DNA from: an uncultured Acidimicrobiaceae bacterium
GTDB taxonomy: Bacteria; Actinomycetota; Acidimicrobiia; Spongiisociales; UBA5794
Direction: 5' to 3'
NCBI GenBank assembly: GCA_964632475.1
Contig: CAZWDQ010000001.1
Location: forward strand, 3,842 to 67,841
Length of the DNA stretch: 64,000 nucleotides
In this document: in pieces, positions 44,971 through 55,545 of the stretch
Layout of the letters: every line of letters begins with the position of its first letter
Position numbering within the stretch: the stretch's first letter is position 1
The notes under the pieces: generated by a model
What the model was told of the DNA's origin: nothing
Seen by the model: only the letters and a program-made list of their open reading frames with translations
The model's database searches: none
Position numbers and translations under genes: made by a program

Positions 44971-45730
44971 GTCTCCTCCGGAATTCTCGTGCAAGTTCCC
45001 GATAGGCGATCGCACCCCGGGACATCGGGTCATATGCCTCGATGGGCTCTCCGTACGACGGGGCCTCAGAGAGCCTAACGGTGCGCGGAATGACCGTTCG
45101 GTAGGTGGTCTCGCCGAAGTGCTCCCTCACCTGAGCGACGACGTCCGCCGCCAGCGTTGTTCGCCCGTCGTACATCGTTAGCAGCACGCCTTCGATGTTG
45201 AGTTGAGGGTTGAGGCTCCGTTGTACCAACTCGATGTTCTTCATCAACTGACTCACTCCTTCCAGGGCGTAATACTCGCACTGGATAGGTATCAGCACCT
45301 CGTCGGCTGCGGCCAAGCCGTTCACCGTCAGCAACCCAAGGGATGGAGGGCAGTCCACCAGGACGAAGTCGTAGTCCTCGGCGATCGGTTCGAGTGCCTT
45401 GCCGAGTCGAGCCTCGCGTGAGAACATCGAGACCAGCTCAATCTCGGCTCCCGCTAGTTCGATCGTCGCCGGTACCACGAAGAGGTTGAGAAGAGACGAC
45501 GGTTCGACGACGTCTTCGATAGCGATGTCTTCGACGAGGAGGTCGTAGGTCGAATACTCGATCGCCGACCGATCAATACCGAGACCGCTGGTTGTGTTTC
45601 CCTGTGGGTCGAGGTCAACGAGGAGGACGCGTTCTCCTTGGTATGCAAGGCCTGCGCCCAGGTTGATAGTGGTCGTCGACTTGCCGACGCCGCCCTTCTG
45701 GTTGGCGATGGCAACGATTGTGGCTGGCAT
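44957..45730 (-). CDS. parA: chromosome partitioning ATPase ParA/Soj
   Basis: The deviant Walker A is KGGVGKST. Confidence 0.9.
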   Translation of the reverse strand: MPATIVAIANQKGGVGKSTTTINLGAGLAYQGERVLLVDLDPQGNTTSGLGIDRSAIEYSTYDLLVEDIAIEDVVEPSSLLNLFVVPATIELAGAEIELVSMFSREARLGKALEPIAEDYDFVLVDCPPSLGLLTVNGLAAADEVLIPIQCEYYALEGVSQLMKNIELVQRSLNPQLNIEGVLLTMYDGRTTLAADVVAQVREHFGETTYRTVIPRTVRLSEAPSYGEPIEAYDPMSRGAIAYRELAREFRRRHGRT

Positions 45731-46395
45731 TAGGAAGTATCGCTGTCCTGGATTCGGGGATTGGTCAGCATCATCCTAAGAAGCCAGGCAGGGGAGTCAA
45801 GGACCCCCTGCTGGATATGCAAGATATCGAGCGTCGTTCCGAGCGGGGCGGCCAGGGAAATGCCGGGTTCGGCCATCCGACTCATCCCAACCACCGCACA
45901 TCCGTGATCGTTCAAGAGAGGGAGTGCCACCTCGAGCGCGGCCTTCGGCTGGAGCGATGCGCGAAACGTGACGGCTCCCCACTTCCCCTCCAATTGACGG
46001 GCGTCTCCCTGCTCGACAGCGACATTCTCAAGGCCGATTACCCGGATGGCCCGTCGGGCGAGACGGCACCGCTCACCCGAACGATCCAGCAGGGTGATCT
46101 CCGTGTTCGGATGTGTTATCGCCAGGGGTATCCCGGGGAGACCAACACCCGACCCAACGTCGAGGATGCCGTCCGGTGCCTTCTCCCAGGCCGCAGCGAA
46201 CACCACGGAGTCCGCCAGGTGTCTATCAACCAGGCGGGAACCCTCGTCCGGTCCGATTCCGCCCGCATCAATGGCTTCGGTGCCGAGCCAATGGGCGAAC
46301 CCACTCAACTGCTCTCTCTGGGCCTGCGTGAGCTCCACTCCGACCCTCGATGCCGCCCTGGCAAGCGGATCGTCGGCATGTTTCCCGTGAAACAT
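45730..46395 (-). CDS. rsmG: 16S rRNA (guanine527-N7)-methyltransferase
   Basis: It has GidB family motifs (DVGSGVGLPGIPLAI). Confidence 0.9.
   Translation of the reverse strand: MFHGKHADDPLARAASRVGVELTQAQREQLSGFAHWLGTEAIDAGGIGPDEGSRLVDRHLADSVVFAAAWEKAPDGILDVGSGVGLPGIPLAITHPNTEITLLDRSGERCRLARRAIRVIGLENVAVEQGDARQLEGKWGAVTFRASLQPKAALEVALPLLNDHGCAVVGMSRMAEPGISLAAPLGTTLDILHIQQGVLDSPAWLLRMMLTNPRIQDSDTS
46379..46394. promoter_or_regulatory. candidate parS site TGTTTCCCGTGAAACA (1 mismatch to TGTTTCACGTGAAACA)
   Basis: It was read directly and overlaps the rsmG start region between jag and rsmG. Confidence 0.4.
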
Positions 46396-46401
46396 CGGGC
46401 G

Positions 46402-47304
46402 TCAGTCGCTGCTGACGTCTCCGGTCGAGGCGATCACCACGGCGCGGCGCGGATCTTCACCCTCGGAGTACGTCTTCACGCCATCGAACTCGGCGGCGGC
46501 ATCGTGGATGACCTTGCGGTCGGCCGCATTCATCGGTTCCATCATTGCCTCGCCGCCGTTCTCCTTCACTTGCTCCACCAACTTCGCCGTGTAGATCGTG
46601 AGCGCCTCGCGGCGTCGGGCGCCATATCCGGCGATGTCGATCCTCATTCGCGGAGCACCGAACGTGTGCCGCTGAACCGTGGTTCGGGTCAATTCGAGCA
46701 CCGCATACATTGTGGCGCCCTTGGGCCCCACGAGCGCCTCGGTCTGCTCTCCAACGAGGTCGAGGTACAGCACGTCGTCCTCAATCCTCGTCTGGATCTC
46801 TCCTTCGAGACCGAACGACTTGAGGAGACCGGACAAGAAGTCCTCAGCGACCTTGGCTTGGTCCTCGATCGAGGTCTCGGGCTTGTCCTTCTTCGGCTCT
46901 GCCGTCGCTTTGCTATCCATCGCTCGCCGCTCCTTCGAGGATCCGTTCTCTTTGTTCTCTACGGGCTTCTTCTTGTTCGACGGCCGTGAGCCCTTGCCGT
47001 TCCTTGAACCTGCAGCATTCCCACTCTTCTGCTTCTCCGGGGTCTTCCTCTGCTTCTCCGGGGTCTTCTTCTGCTGTCCGTCATTGGAGGAATCCTTCGA
47101 TCCCCGCCGGTTGCGTCGATTGCGCTTGCGCGGCTTGCGCGAGACCTTCACGATCGCCGGGCGGGCCCCGACGCCGAGGAATCCCGCCTTCCCCTCTTGA
47201 ATGACCTCTACCTCTGCCTGATCGACCGACTCGAGTCCGAGTTCGGTGACTGCGGCTTCTACTGCGACGTCGACCGTCGTCCCGGTGACTTCCACCCATT
47301 CCAT
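46402..47304 (-). CDS. Jag/KhpB-family protein (Jag-N, KH and R3H domains)
   Basis: A central Lys/Arg-rich low-complexity linker contains a 21-bp tandem repeat (KTPEKQ x2). The C-terminal R3H region ends ...NAADRKVIHDAAAEFDGVKTYSEGEDPRRAVVI. Confidence 0.85.
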   Translation of the reverse strand: MEWVEVTGTTVDVAVEAAVTELGLESVDQAEVEVIQEGKAGFLGVGARPAIVKVSRKPRKRNRRNRRGSKDSSNDGQQKKTPEKQRKTPEKQKSGNAAGSRNGKGSRPSNKKKPVENKENGSSKERRAMDSKATAEPKKDKPETSIEDQAKVAEDFLSGLLKSFGLEGEIQTRIEDDVLYLDLVGEQTEALVGPKGATMYAVLELTRTTVQRHTFGAPRMRIDIAGYGARRREALTIYTAKLVEQVKENGGEAMMEPMNAADRKVIHDAAAEFDGVKTYSEGEDPRRAVVIASTGDVSSD

Positions 47305-47307
47305 CGT

Positions 47308-48183
47308 CTATTTCCTCCTGCGGCGGTTCTTCTTCTTACTGGCGTTCTCCGACGGGCCCTTCGTCTCGGGCTCTCCGTCCTCCGGTGGCGTGTTCGCTGG
47401 AAGTGCCGGATTCTTCTTGTCGTCATCGTCTCCGCGGTCGTCCAACCGCAGGATCAGGGATTGCTGTCCGACCCGGAAGAGGTTGGATGTTGCGAAATAG
47501 ATCCCAAGTCCGGCGGTGAGGGTCCAAGAGATGAACCCGAAGAAGAGTGGCATGATCTTCATCGCTGTCTGCATCGACTGTGCCGTCTGGGACTGGTCTT
47601 TGTCGTCGTCCTTCTTCTTCGTTTTCGTGGTCTGAAGCTGCTGGTAGAAACCGGCGGCCACGATAAGAATGATCAACAAGATGTAGGGGAGTGCTCCCAA
47701 GATATCCCCGCTCTTGATCGCATCCGGGACGACGGAACTGGGTGATGCCGTGAGATCCATGCCGAGGAACGTGGTATTGATGGGTTCAAGGCCATCACCG
47801 ATGTACTTCGATGTTGCCGCTCCTCCACCGTCCGGTCGCCGAATGCTTCGCAGCACGGAGAACAGGCCGAACCAGAGGGGCATCTGAACGATCATCGGGA
47901 GGCAACCGGCAGCAGGATTGACACCGCGCTCCTGATAGAGGGCCATCAACTCCTTGTTGAGCTCCTCCTTCTCCCCCTTCAGTTCCTTCTGGAGGCGCTT
48001 CACCTCCGGCTGGATCTCTTGCATCGCCTTCATCGAACGGGTCTGCTTCAGAGTCAAGGGGAAGAGGACAAGTGAGATCGCCAGGGTCAGCAGGATGATC
48101 GCAACACCGAGATTTGGAATAAATTGGTAAAAGAAGTTGAGAACCCCACCAAGGAGGTCGAGGAGCAGGTTCCAGGGGTTCAC
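47308..48183 (-). CDS. yidC: membrane protein insertase YidC
   Basis: It has a short Gram-positive-type YidC TM core and a Lys-rich C-terminus. It starts with GTG. Confidence 0.9.
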   Translation of the reverse strand: MNPWNLLLDLLGGVLNFFYQFIPNLGVAIILLTLAISLVLFPLTLKQTRSMKAMQEIQPEVKRLQKELKGEKEELNKELMALYQERGVNPAAGCLPMIVQMPLWFGLFSVLRSIRRPDGGGAATSKYIGDGLEPINTTFLGMDLTASPSSVVPDAIKSGDILGALPYILLIILIVAAGFYQQLQTTKTKKKDDDKDQSQTAQSMQTAMKIMPLFFGFISWTLTAGLGIYFATSNLFRVGQQSLILRLDDRGDDDDKKNPALPANTPPEDGEPETKGPSENASKKKNRRRRK

Positions 48184-48467
48184 GTGTCTCTCCCAGTGTT
48201 CATGTCGTGTTCGTGTTGGCCCGGTTCGGACACGGGATCATATCCACCTTCACGGAACGGTTGACACCGCCCGATGCGTTTGGCGGCCATCCACGATCCA
48301 CGACCCGCACCGTGGAGACGGACCGCTTCATACCCGTACTCCGAACAGGAGGGATGGTACCGGCAATTCCCGCCGAAAGCGGGAGAGAGCACCTTCTGGT
48401 AGACCCAGATGGAACCCATGAGCACTCGTGCCGCCGGTGACGGAGTCTGTTCTTGGTCGGTACTCAT
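48180..48467 (-). CDS. yidD: membrane protein insertion efficiency factor YidD
   Basis: CRYHPSCSEYGYEA is the YidD signature. Confidence 0.85.
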   Translation of the reverse strand: MSTDQEQTPSPAARVLMGSIWVYQKVLSPAFGGNCRYHPSCSEYGYEAVRLHGAGRGSWMAAKRIGRCQPFREGGYDPVSEPGQHEHDMNTGRDT

Positions 48468-48802
48468 TGCTTCTCCTCCTCTCCACTCGCGGCGATCGCA
48501 GCCCCCAGTTCGCTCACCAGGCTATCGAACCTCATTGTGACTACACCGGAAGAGGCGATCACAACGTATGCCGTGTCCGACTTCAACCCGACTCGCATCA
48601 GTGCCTCGCGAAGACGCCGCTTCGCCCTGTTCCGGGCGACCGCACCGCCGACCCCACGCGATGCAACGATGCCTACCTGGGGGAGGCCTCGCTCTCCGCC
48701 GGTACACATCACCCTGATCTCTCCAGATCGGGCCGCTCGACCCGTGCGGAAGACGGCGGAGAATTGTGCCGTCGATCGTAGTGAAACGAACGGTCGTCCC
48801 GT
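48464..48802 (-). CDS. rnpA: ribonuclease P protein component; true start undetermined
   Basis: The conserved N-terminal region (LRSTAQFSAVFRTGRAARSGEIRV) continues in-frame upstream of the first canonical start (GTG 48712), with no ATG/GTG/TTG back to the rpmH stop. The core is GIVASRGVGGAVARNRAKRRLRE. Confidence 0.75.
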   Translation of the reverse strand, partial: TGRPFVSLRSTAQFSAVFRTGRAARSGEIRVMCTGGERGLPQVGIVASRGVGGAVARNRAKRRLREALMRVGLKSDTAYVVIASSGVVTMRFDSLVSELGAAIAASGEEEKQ

Positions 48803-48803
48803 G

Positions 48804-48938
48804 CTAGGCGGTGAGACGATGGCGGCCCTTGAGGCGCCGTCTCTTGATGACGGCGCGACCGGAACGGGTCCGCATACGGGAGCGGAATCCGTGCTTGCGC
48901 TTGCGACGTCGCACGTTGGGTTGATAGGTACGCTTCAT
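48804..48938 (-). CDS. rpmH: 50S ribosomal protein L34
   Basis: [24 protein letters not shown]... is L34. This ORF is not in the supplied ORF track (it is under 60 aa). Confidence 0.85.
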   Translation of the reverse strand: MKRTYQPNVRRRKRKHGFRSRMRTRSGRAVIKRRRLKGRHRLTA

Positions 48939-49352
48939 AGTGAGGTATCCCCGCTTGGGAGGTCGCGATGCGACCGGGAAGATTTCGGACGCCTGAATCC
49001 TACGTCAATCGCCGATCTATCGGTCACTTCAAATCGAGAACGCGAAGACGCACACAGGACCGCGAAATCACGGCCTTACCCGCGAAACATCGTTGGAGCG
49101 CTTCCGGGCCGATCTTTGGCACCTCTCGACCCATTCCCAGTAATTCCCATCTCCTACAATCCATACCCTCCAAGGGTTCTTGCCTCCCAACCGTCTCCAC
49201 GCTCTCGTGCTACCGGAGGTTTTCCCCTTCTTGCCGCTCCGGCTGTCCGCGACATATACTCGCCGCCGCACCCATGGTGAAAGCTGCACTTCCCCGGAGG
49301 GATTTCCGGACCACAACAGCGTCGTGGGAGCGGGCCGGGACGATTTGACGAG

Positions 49353-49385
49353 TTTTCCACACCCTGTGGACAGGCGTGTGGACAG
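49353..49385. promoter_or_regulatory. DnaA boxes in dnaA promoter/leader (TTTTCCACA, TGTGGACAG x2)
   Basis: Two tandem TGTGGACA boxes sit at 49365-49373 and 49377-49385, immediately 5' of and overlapping the first possible dnaA GTG. Confidence 0.5.
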
Positions 49386-49414
49386 GCTATGAGAGGTCGA
49401 GAGGAGCATCAACA

Positions 49415-50785
49415 GTGGAGGAACTACGCTCATCCACCGCGGAGTGGGAGACCTTCCATCAGCAGGTACGCCGCCGGGTGACACCGGCCGCGTGGCAGAC
49501 CTGGATCGAGCCCCTCTCCTCCAGTATCGAGGCAGGAAGCCTCCGCCTCGTGGCTCCCACGGACTTCCACTATCGCTGGGTCGGAGATCGCTACCTACCG
49601 GCTCTCGAAGAAGCTGCCTTGGACACTCTCGGCCTCAAAGTGGAACTCACGGTGGTTCTGACCACCGCCGACACTTCCACCGAAGATCCCTCCCAGCCGA
49701 TCCCTCTCCAGGTTCCCCTCCCGATCGATACCGTTGATCCGACACGGATCAGGGCGATCGATCCCCGACTCGTTCCAAAATACACGTTCGACAACTTTGT
49801 TGTTGGACAGTCGAATCGGTTCTCCCACGCGGCGGCCCTTGCCGTCGCCGAGCAGCCCGGCAGCCAATACAATCCTCTCTTCATCTACGCGAAGCCCGGT
49901 CTCGGAAAGACACACCTTCTCCACGCCGTCGGTCATCACCGCATCGAACTCGATCCCGGCGCCGTGGTTCGCTACGTCTCCTCCGAGCAGTTCTTCAACG
50001 AATTCATCAACGGGATCCGCCGAAAGCGTATGGATGAGTTCAAGGAGCGCTATCGCACGATCGACGTGCTCCTGCTCGATGATGTTCAGTTCTTCGAGGG
50101 GAAGGAACAGATCCTTGAAGAGTTCTTCCACACGTTCAACAGTTTGTATGAGGCAGGCAAGCAGGTCGTCATCAGTTCCGACCGTCACCCCAAGTACCTG
50201 TCGACACTCGAAGACCGCCTCCGGAGCCGATTCGAATGGGGCCTCCTAACCGACATTCAGAGTCCCGACATAGAAACGCGCCTCGCCATCCTCAGGAAGA
50301 ACGCCGCCTTCGCCCCGACACCTGTCCCTCCTGAGGTGATGACGTTCATCGCCGAGAACGTTCACCAGAACATCCGCGAACTCGAGGGTGCTCTCACCCG
50401 TGTCACTGCATTCGCATCCCTGACGGACGAGAAGATCACCCTCACGATGGCGGAAGAGGTACTGTCCGACATCGTCGGTTCCGACCGCGTCATGCCACTG
50501 ACGGCCGGTCGGATCATCCAGGTCACTGCCGACTACACCTCGACGACTGTCGAGGCACTGACAGGCCCCAGCCGGAAGCAGCCGCTCGCTCGTTCCCGGC
50601 AGATCGCGATGTATCTCTGCCGGGAGCACACCGATCTCTCACTTCCCAAGATCGGAGCACAGTTCGGTGGCCGCGACCATACGACCGTGATCCACGGCGT
50701 TGAGAAGGTCAAGACCCTCATGAGGACCGACATGGAGGTCTTCGATCAGGTTTCATCCCTTGGACAGCTTCTGAGGACAACATGA
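49415..50785 (+). CDS. dnaA: chromosomal replication initiator protein DnaA (alternative GTG start 49376)
   Basis: The AAA+ Walker A is GKPGLGKTHLL, and the box-binding domain IV is at the C-terminus. A GAGGAG RBS sits 8 nt before the GTG at 49415. Confidence 0.95.
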   Translation: MEELRSSTAEWETFHQQVRRRVTPAAWQTWIEPLSSSIEAGSLRLVAPTDFHYRWVGDRYLPALEEAALDTLGLKVELTVVLTTADTSTEDPSQPIPLQVPLPIDTVDPTRIRAIDPRLVPKYTFDNFVVGQSNRFSHAAALAVAEQPGSQYNPLFIYAKPGLGKTHLLHAVGHHRIELDPGAVVRYVSSEQFFNEFINGIRRKRMDEFKERYRTIDVLLLDDVQFFEGKEQILEEFFHTFNSLYEAGKQVVISSDRHPKYLSTLEDRLRSRFEWGLLTDIQSPDIETRLAILRKNAAFAPTPVPPEVMTFIAENVHQNIRELEGALTRVTAFASLTDEKITLTMAEEVLSDIVGSDRVMPLTAGRIIQVTADYTSTTVEALTGPSRKQPLARSRQIAMYLCREHTDLSLPKIGAQFGGRDHTTVIHGVEKVKTLMRTDMEVFDQVSSLGQLLRTT

Positions 50786-50972
50786 GTGATATCCACACAC
50801 CTTCGCCTCCTCGCTCTCTACCTGTTGAGTACTGTGTGGTTGTCCACAATCCATGTGGATTCGAAAATCCGTTAACACCAACGATTCCAATCCTTTCTCC
50901 ACAATCCACAAGGCCTACTACTACCACTACCGTTTGTAATTGAACTAACCAAGAAGCAGAGGAAGAACAACT
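50786..50972. promoter_or_regulatory. putative oriC: DnaA-box cluster (ATATCCACA, TTGTCCACA, ATGTGGATT, TTCTCCACA, AATCCACA) plus AT-rich unwinding segment in the dnaA-dnaN spacer
   Basis: One perfect actinobacterial box (TTGTCCACA, 50840-50848) and at least four close variants lie within 125 bp. AT-rich TTTGTAATTGAACTAA sits at 50933-50948. Confidence 0.7.
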
Positions 50973-52052
50973 GTGCGTATCCGAGCCGAACGTGATGATC
51001 TCGCCGACGTCCTGACGAGGGCGGGTCGGGCAGTTGGAAGTCGGTCACCACTTCCGATCCTCCAGGGACTCTTGTGTGAAGTCGAGGGAGGGCGCCTCCG
51101 GGTCACAGGAACCGACAACGAAGTCACCGTGAGAACGTATCTCGAAGTTGAGGGACTCGAAGACGGAGCCACGGTGATTCCGGCGAAACTCGCTGCCGAT
51201 GCCGTCCGAAAGCTCCCAACAGGAGCGGTCTCCATGACCGCTTCAGACGGAGAAGTCGAGATCACCGGTAACGGCCCGAGATTTCGACTCCGGGAGCTGA
51301 GCGTCGGTGATTTCCCAACGATCGATGACAAGCTGCCGGCTGAGACGATCGACGTCGTCGGGGAGACGCTGGTCAAGGCTCTCAGTCAGGTTGGAATTGC
51401 CGCGTCCGGGGATGAGGCCCGTCCGACACTCACCGGTGTTCTCTTCGAAGAGAACGATGGAGGGTTGCGCCTGGTGGCAACTGACTCGTATCGGTTGGCC
51501 GTTCGCGATGTGCTTGGAATCGGTGCGACGGGTTCGAAGCTCGTCCCGTACCGGGCACTGAAGGAACTTGGACGGACGGTTGGGGACGGACCGATGAAGG
51601 TGGCGCTCGGAGATCGAGAGGCAGCATTCATCACGGAACAGGGGAGGCTGACCGTCCGGATCATCGATGCGGCGTTCCCGAAGTATCGGCAGCTCTTGCC
51701 GGACTCCTATCCGAGTCGGCTCGAAGTATCGAAGAAGAGCCTTCTTGAAGCGGTCGGTCGAGCAGCCCTCGTTGCGGAGGACCACATTCCGGTTCGTTTG
51801 AACCTCCACGAGGGTGGAGTCGAGCTGAGCGTTATCAGGCAGGAAGTCGGCGAGGAGACGGAGCACATCGAGGGCACCTACGAGGGCGAAGAGATGACGA
51901 TCGCCTTCAACACCCGATACCTCACCGAAGGAGTCGGGGTCATCGATTCCGACACTGTCATCCTGGAGACGATCGATGCGTTGAAGCCGGGTCTTCTCCA
52001 CGGCGTGGGAGACGAGGACTTCCGGTGTCTCCTGATGCCGGTTCGCCTCTAG
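50973..52052 (+). CDS. dnaN: DNA polymerase III beta sliding clamp
   Basis: It is a full-length 359-aa beta clamp with a GTG start and GAGGAAG RBS. Confidence 0.95.
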   Translation: MRIRAERDDLADVLTRAGRAVGSRSPLPILQGLLCEVEGGRLRVTGTDNEVTVRTYLEVEGLEDGATVIPAKLAADAVRKLPTGAVSMTASDGEVEITGNGPRFRLRELSVGDFPTIDDKLPAETIDVVGETLVKALSQVGIAASGDEARPTLTGVLFEENDGGLRLVATDSYRLAVRDVLGIGATGSKLVPYRALKELGRTVGDGPMKVALGDREAAFITEQGRLTVRIIDAAFPKYRQLLPDSYPSRLEVSKKSLLEAVGRAALVAEDHIPVRLNLHEGGVELSVIRQEVGEETEHIEGTYEGEEMTIAFNTRYLTEGVGVIDSDTVILETIDALKPGLLHGVGDEDFRCLLMPVRL

Positions 52053-52089
52053 AAGGAAGAGTCGGGACAGCGATGTCCGGAGGTGGGTG

Positions 52090-53172
52090 ATGTATCTCTC
52101 CTGGCTCGAACTGACGGATGTTCGCTGCTATGAGACCGTGCGCTTCGAACCGGAGGAAGGCGTCAACGTCCTCGTCGGGGCCAACGGGGCAGGCAAGACG
52201 AGCATCCTCGAGGCGATCGCCTACCTCGGACTCCTGAAGTCGTTCCGGGGAACTCCGGATATGGCGATGATCCGCACGGGTTCGGAGAAGGCCGTGATCC
52301 GTGGAGAGTTCGCTATCCCCTCAGGCACCACCAGAGTCGAGGTGGAGCTTTCCAATCCGGGTCGCCGCAGAGTGCTGGTCAATGGAAAGAGGCCCCAGCG
52401 CAACAGAGACGTCATGTCGCAGGTTCCGATCGTGGCGTTCCAGCCTGACGACCTCGATCTGGTCAAGCGTGGACCGGGTCTGAGGAGGGCATACATCGAT
52501 GATCTTGCAGCACAACTGTGGCCGCAGGCCGGCGCCGATCAACTGGACTATGAGAGGGCCGTACGTCAGCGCAATGCGCTCCTCAAACAGGAGGGACGCG
52601 GCGCAGATCCCGTCACGCTGGACGTGTGGGATGAGAGGGTTGCCGTGGCTGGATCGGCAGTCTTCGATCATCGTGGAAGGGTGCTCGAAGCCCTCGACGC
52701 GTCGCTCGGCGAGGCATACCGACTCGTCGGAGAGAGGGGCTCGCTGACGTGGAGCTATGAGACGAACTGGGGAGCGACCTTGGATGGAGGGGGCGGAGCT
52801 GAACGACTTCGGGAGGAGCTGCTTGAGAGGAGGCGGCGAGACATGGACCAGAGGGTGACGAGCGGCGGTCCCCACAGGGACGATCCGGCCCTCGTCGTCG
52901 ACGGACGTCCCGCACGCTCCATGGCGAGTCAGGGAGAACAGCGGACGGTGGCCCTGGCGCTTCGGGTAGCGGCGTACCGGGTGCTCGGTAGTCATCGTTC
53001 GATCGCTCCGATTCTCCTTCTCGATGATGTGTTCTCTGAGCTCGACCCAACGCATGCTCGTGGTGTGATGTCCCTGCTCGGTGGCGGCCAGGTTTTTGTC
53101 ACAACGGCGAGAGAAGATGAGGTTCCTGCGACCGGGCGACGATGGACCGTCGACGGAAGGACCGTGACATGA
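52090..53172 (+). CDS. recF: DNA replication and repair protein RecF
   Basis: The Walker A is GANGAGKTS, and the signature and Walker B (LLLDDVFSELD) are present. Confidence 0.95.
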   Translation: MYLSWLELTDVRCYETVRFEPEEGVNVLVGANGAGKTSILEAIAYLGLLKSFRGTPDMAMIRTGSEKAVIRGEFAIPSGTTRVEVELSNPGRRRVLVNGKRPQRNRDVMSQVPIVAFQPDDLDLVKRGPGLRRAYIDDLAAQLWPQAGADQLDYERAVRQRNALLKQEGRGADPVTLDVWDERVAVAGSAVFDHRGRVLEALDASLGEAYRLVGERGSLTWSYETNWGATLDGGGGAERLREELLERRRRDMDQRVTSGGPHRDDPALVVDGRPARSMASQGEQRTVALALRVAAYRVLGSHRSIAPILLLDDVFSELDPTHARGVMSLLGGGQVFVTTAREDEVPATGRRWTVDGRTVT

Positions 53173-53519
53173 CCAGAGCGAACTACTACAGCAGCAAACC
53201 GAAGAGGCCCGATCCGAAACCGATCGATGACCTGATCGGGACGATCATTGAACAGGCCGGGGCGAGTCCCGATCTCGGAGTTGCGAGGCTCGTCTCGTCC
53301 TGGGACAAGGTTGTTTCCGACCGGTGGAGGGGCAGATCCCGACCGATCGGAGTTCGGGATCAGACGCTGCTCGTCGAGGTTCCCGAGGGGGCAGATGCGA
53401 GTCTTCTGCGCTACGACTCAGCCGATCTCATGAGACGGATCTCGCAACGATTCGGGCCCGATCTCGTCAAGGCAGTCAAGTTCCGTGTCGAAGGGGACTC
53501 CCGCGGCGGAAAGCCTTGA
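53169..53519 (+). CDS. DUF721 domain protein (DciA-like, Rv0004 homolog position)
   Basis: Its ATG overlaps the recF stop (ATGA). Its position between recF and gyrB is conserved. Confidence 0.8.
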   Translation: MTRANYYSSKPKRPDPKPIDDLIGTIIEQAGASPDLGVARLVSSWDKVVSDRWRGRSRPIGVRDQTLLVEVPEGADASLLRYDSADLMRRISQRFGPDLVKAVKFRVEGDSRGGKP

Positions 53520-53581
53520 ATTCGCAAGGGTTTCTACTCGGATCAGGCTATGATTACACACGTGTCAGTAGCCCCCACTGA

Positions 53582-55537
<1,956 letters not shown>

Positions 55538-55545
55538 GAAACCGC

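Noticed and set aside
47026-47067. 21-bp tandem repeat (cttctgcttctccggggtctt x2) inside jag.
   Set aside because: It is a coding repeat that produces KTPEKQ x2 in the Lys-rich linker of Jag. It is likely a neutral low-complexity expansion.
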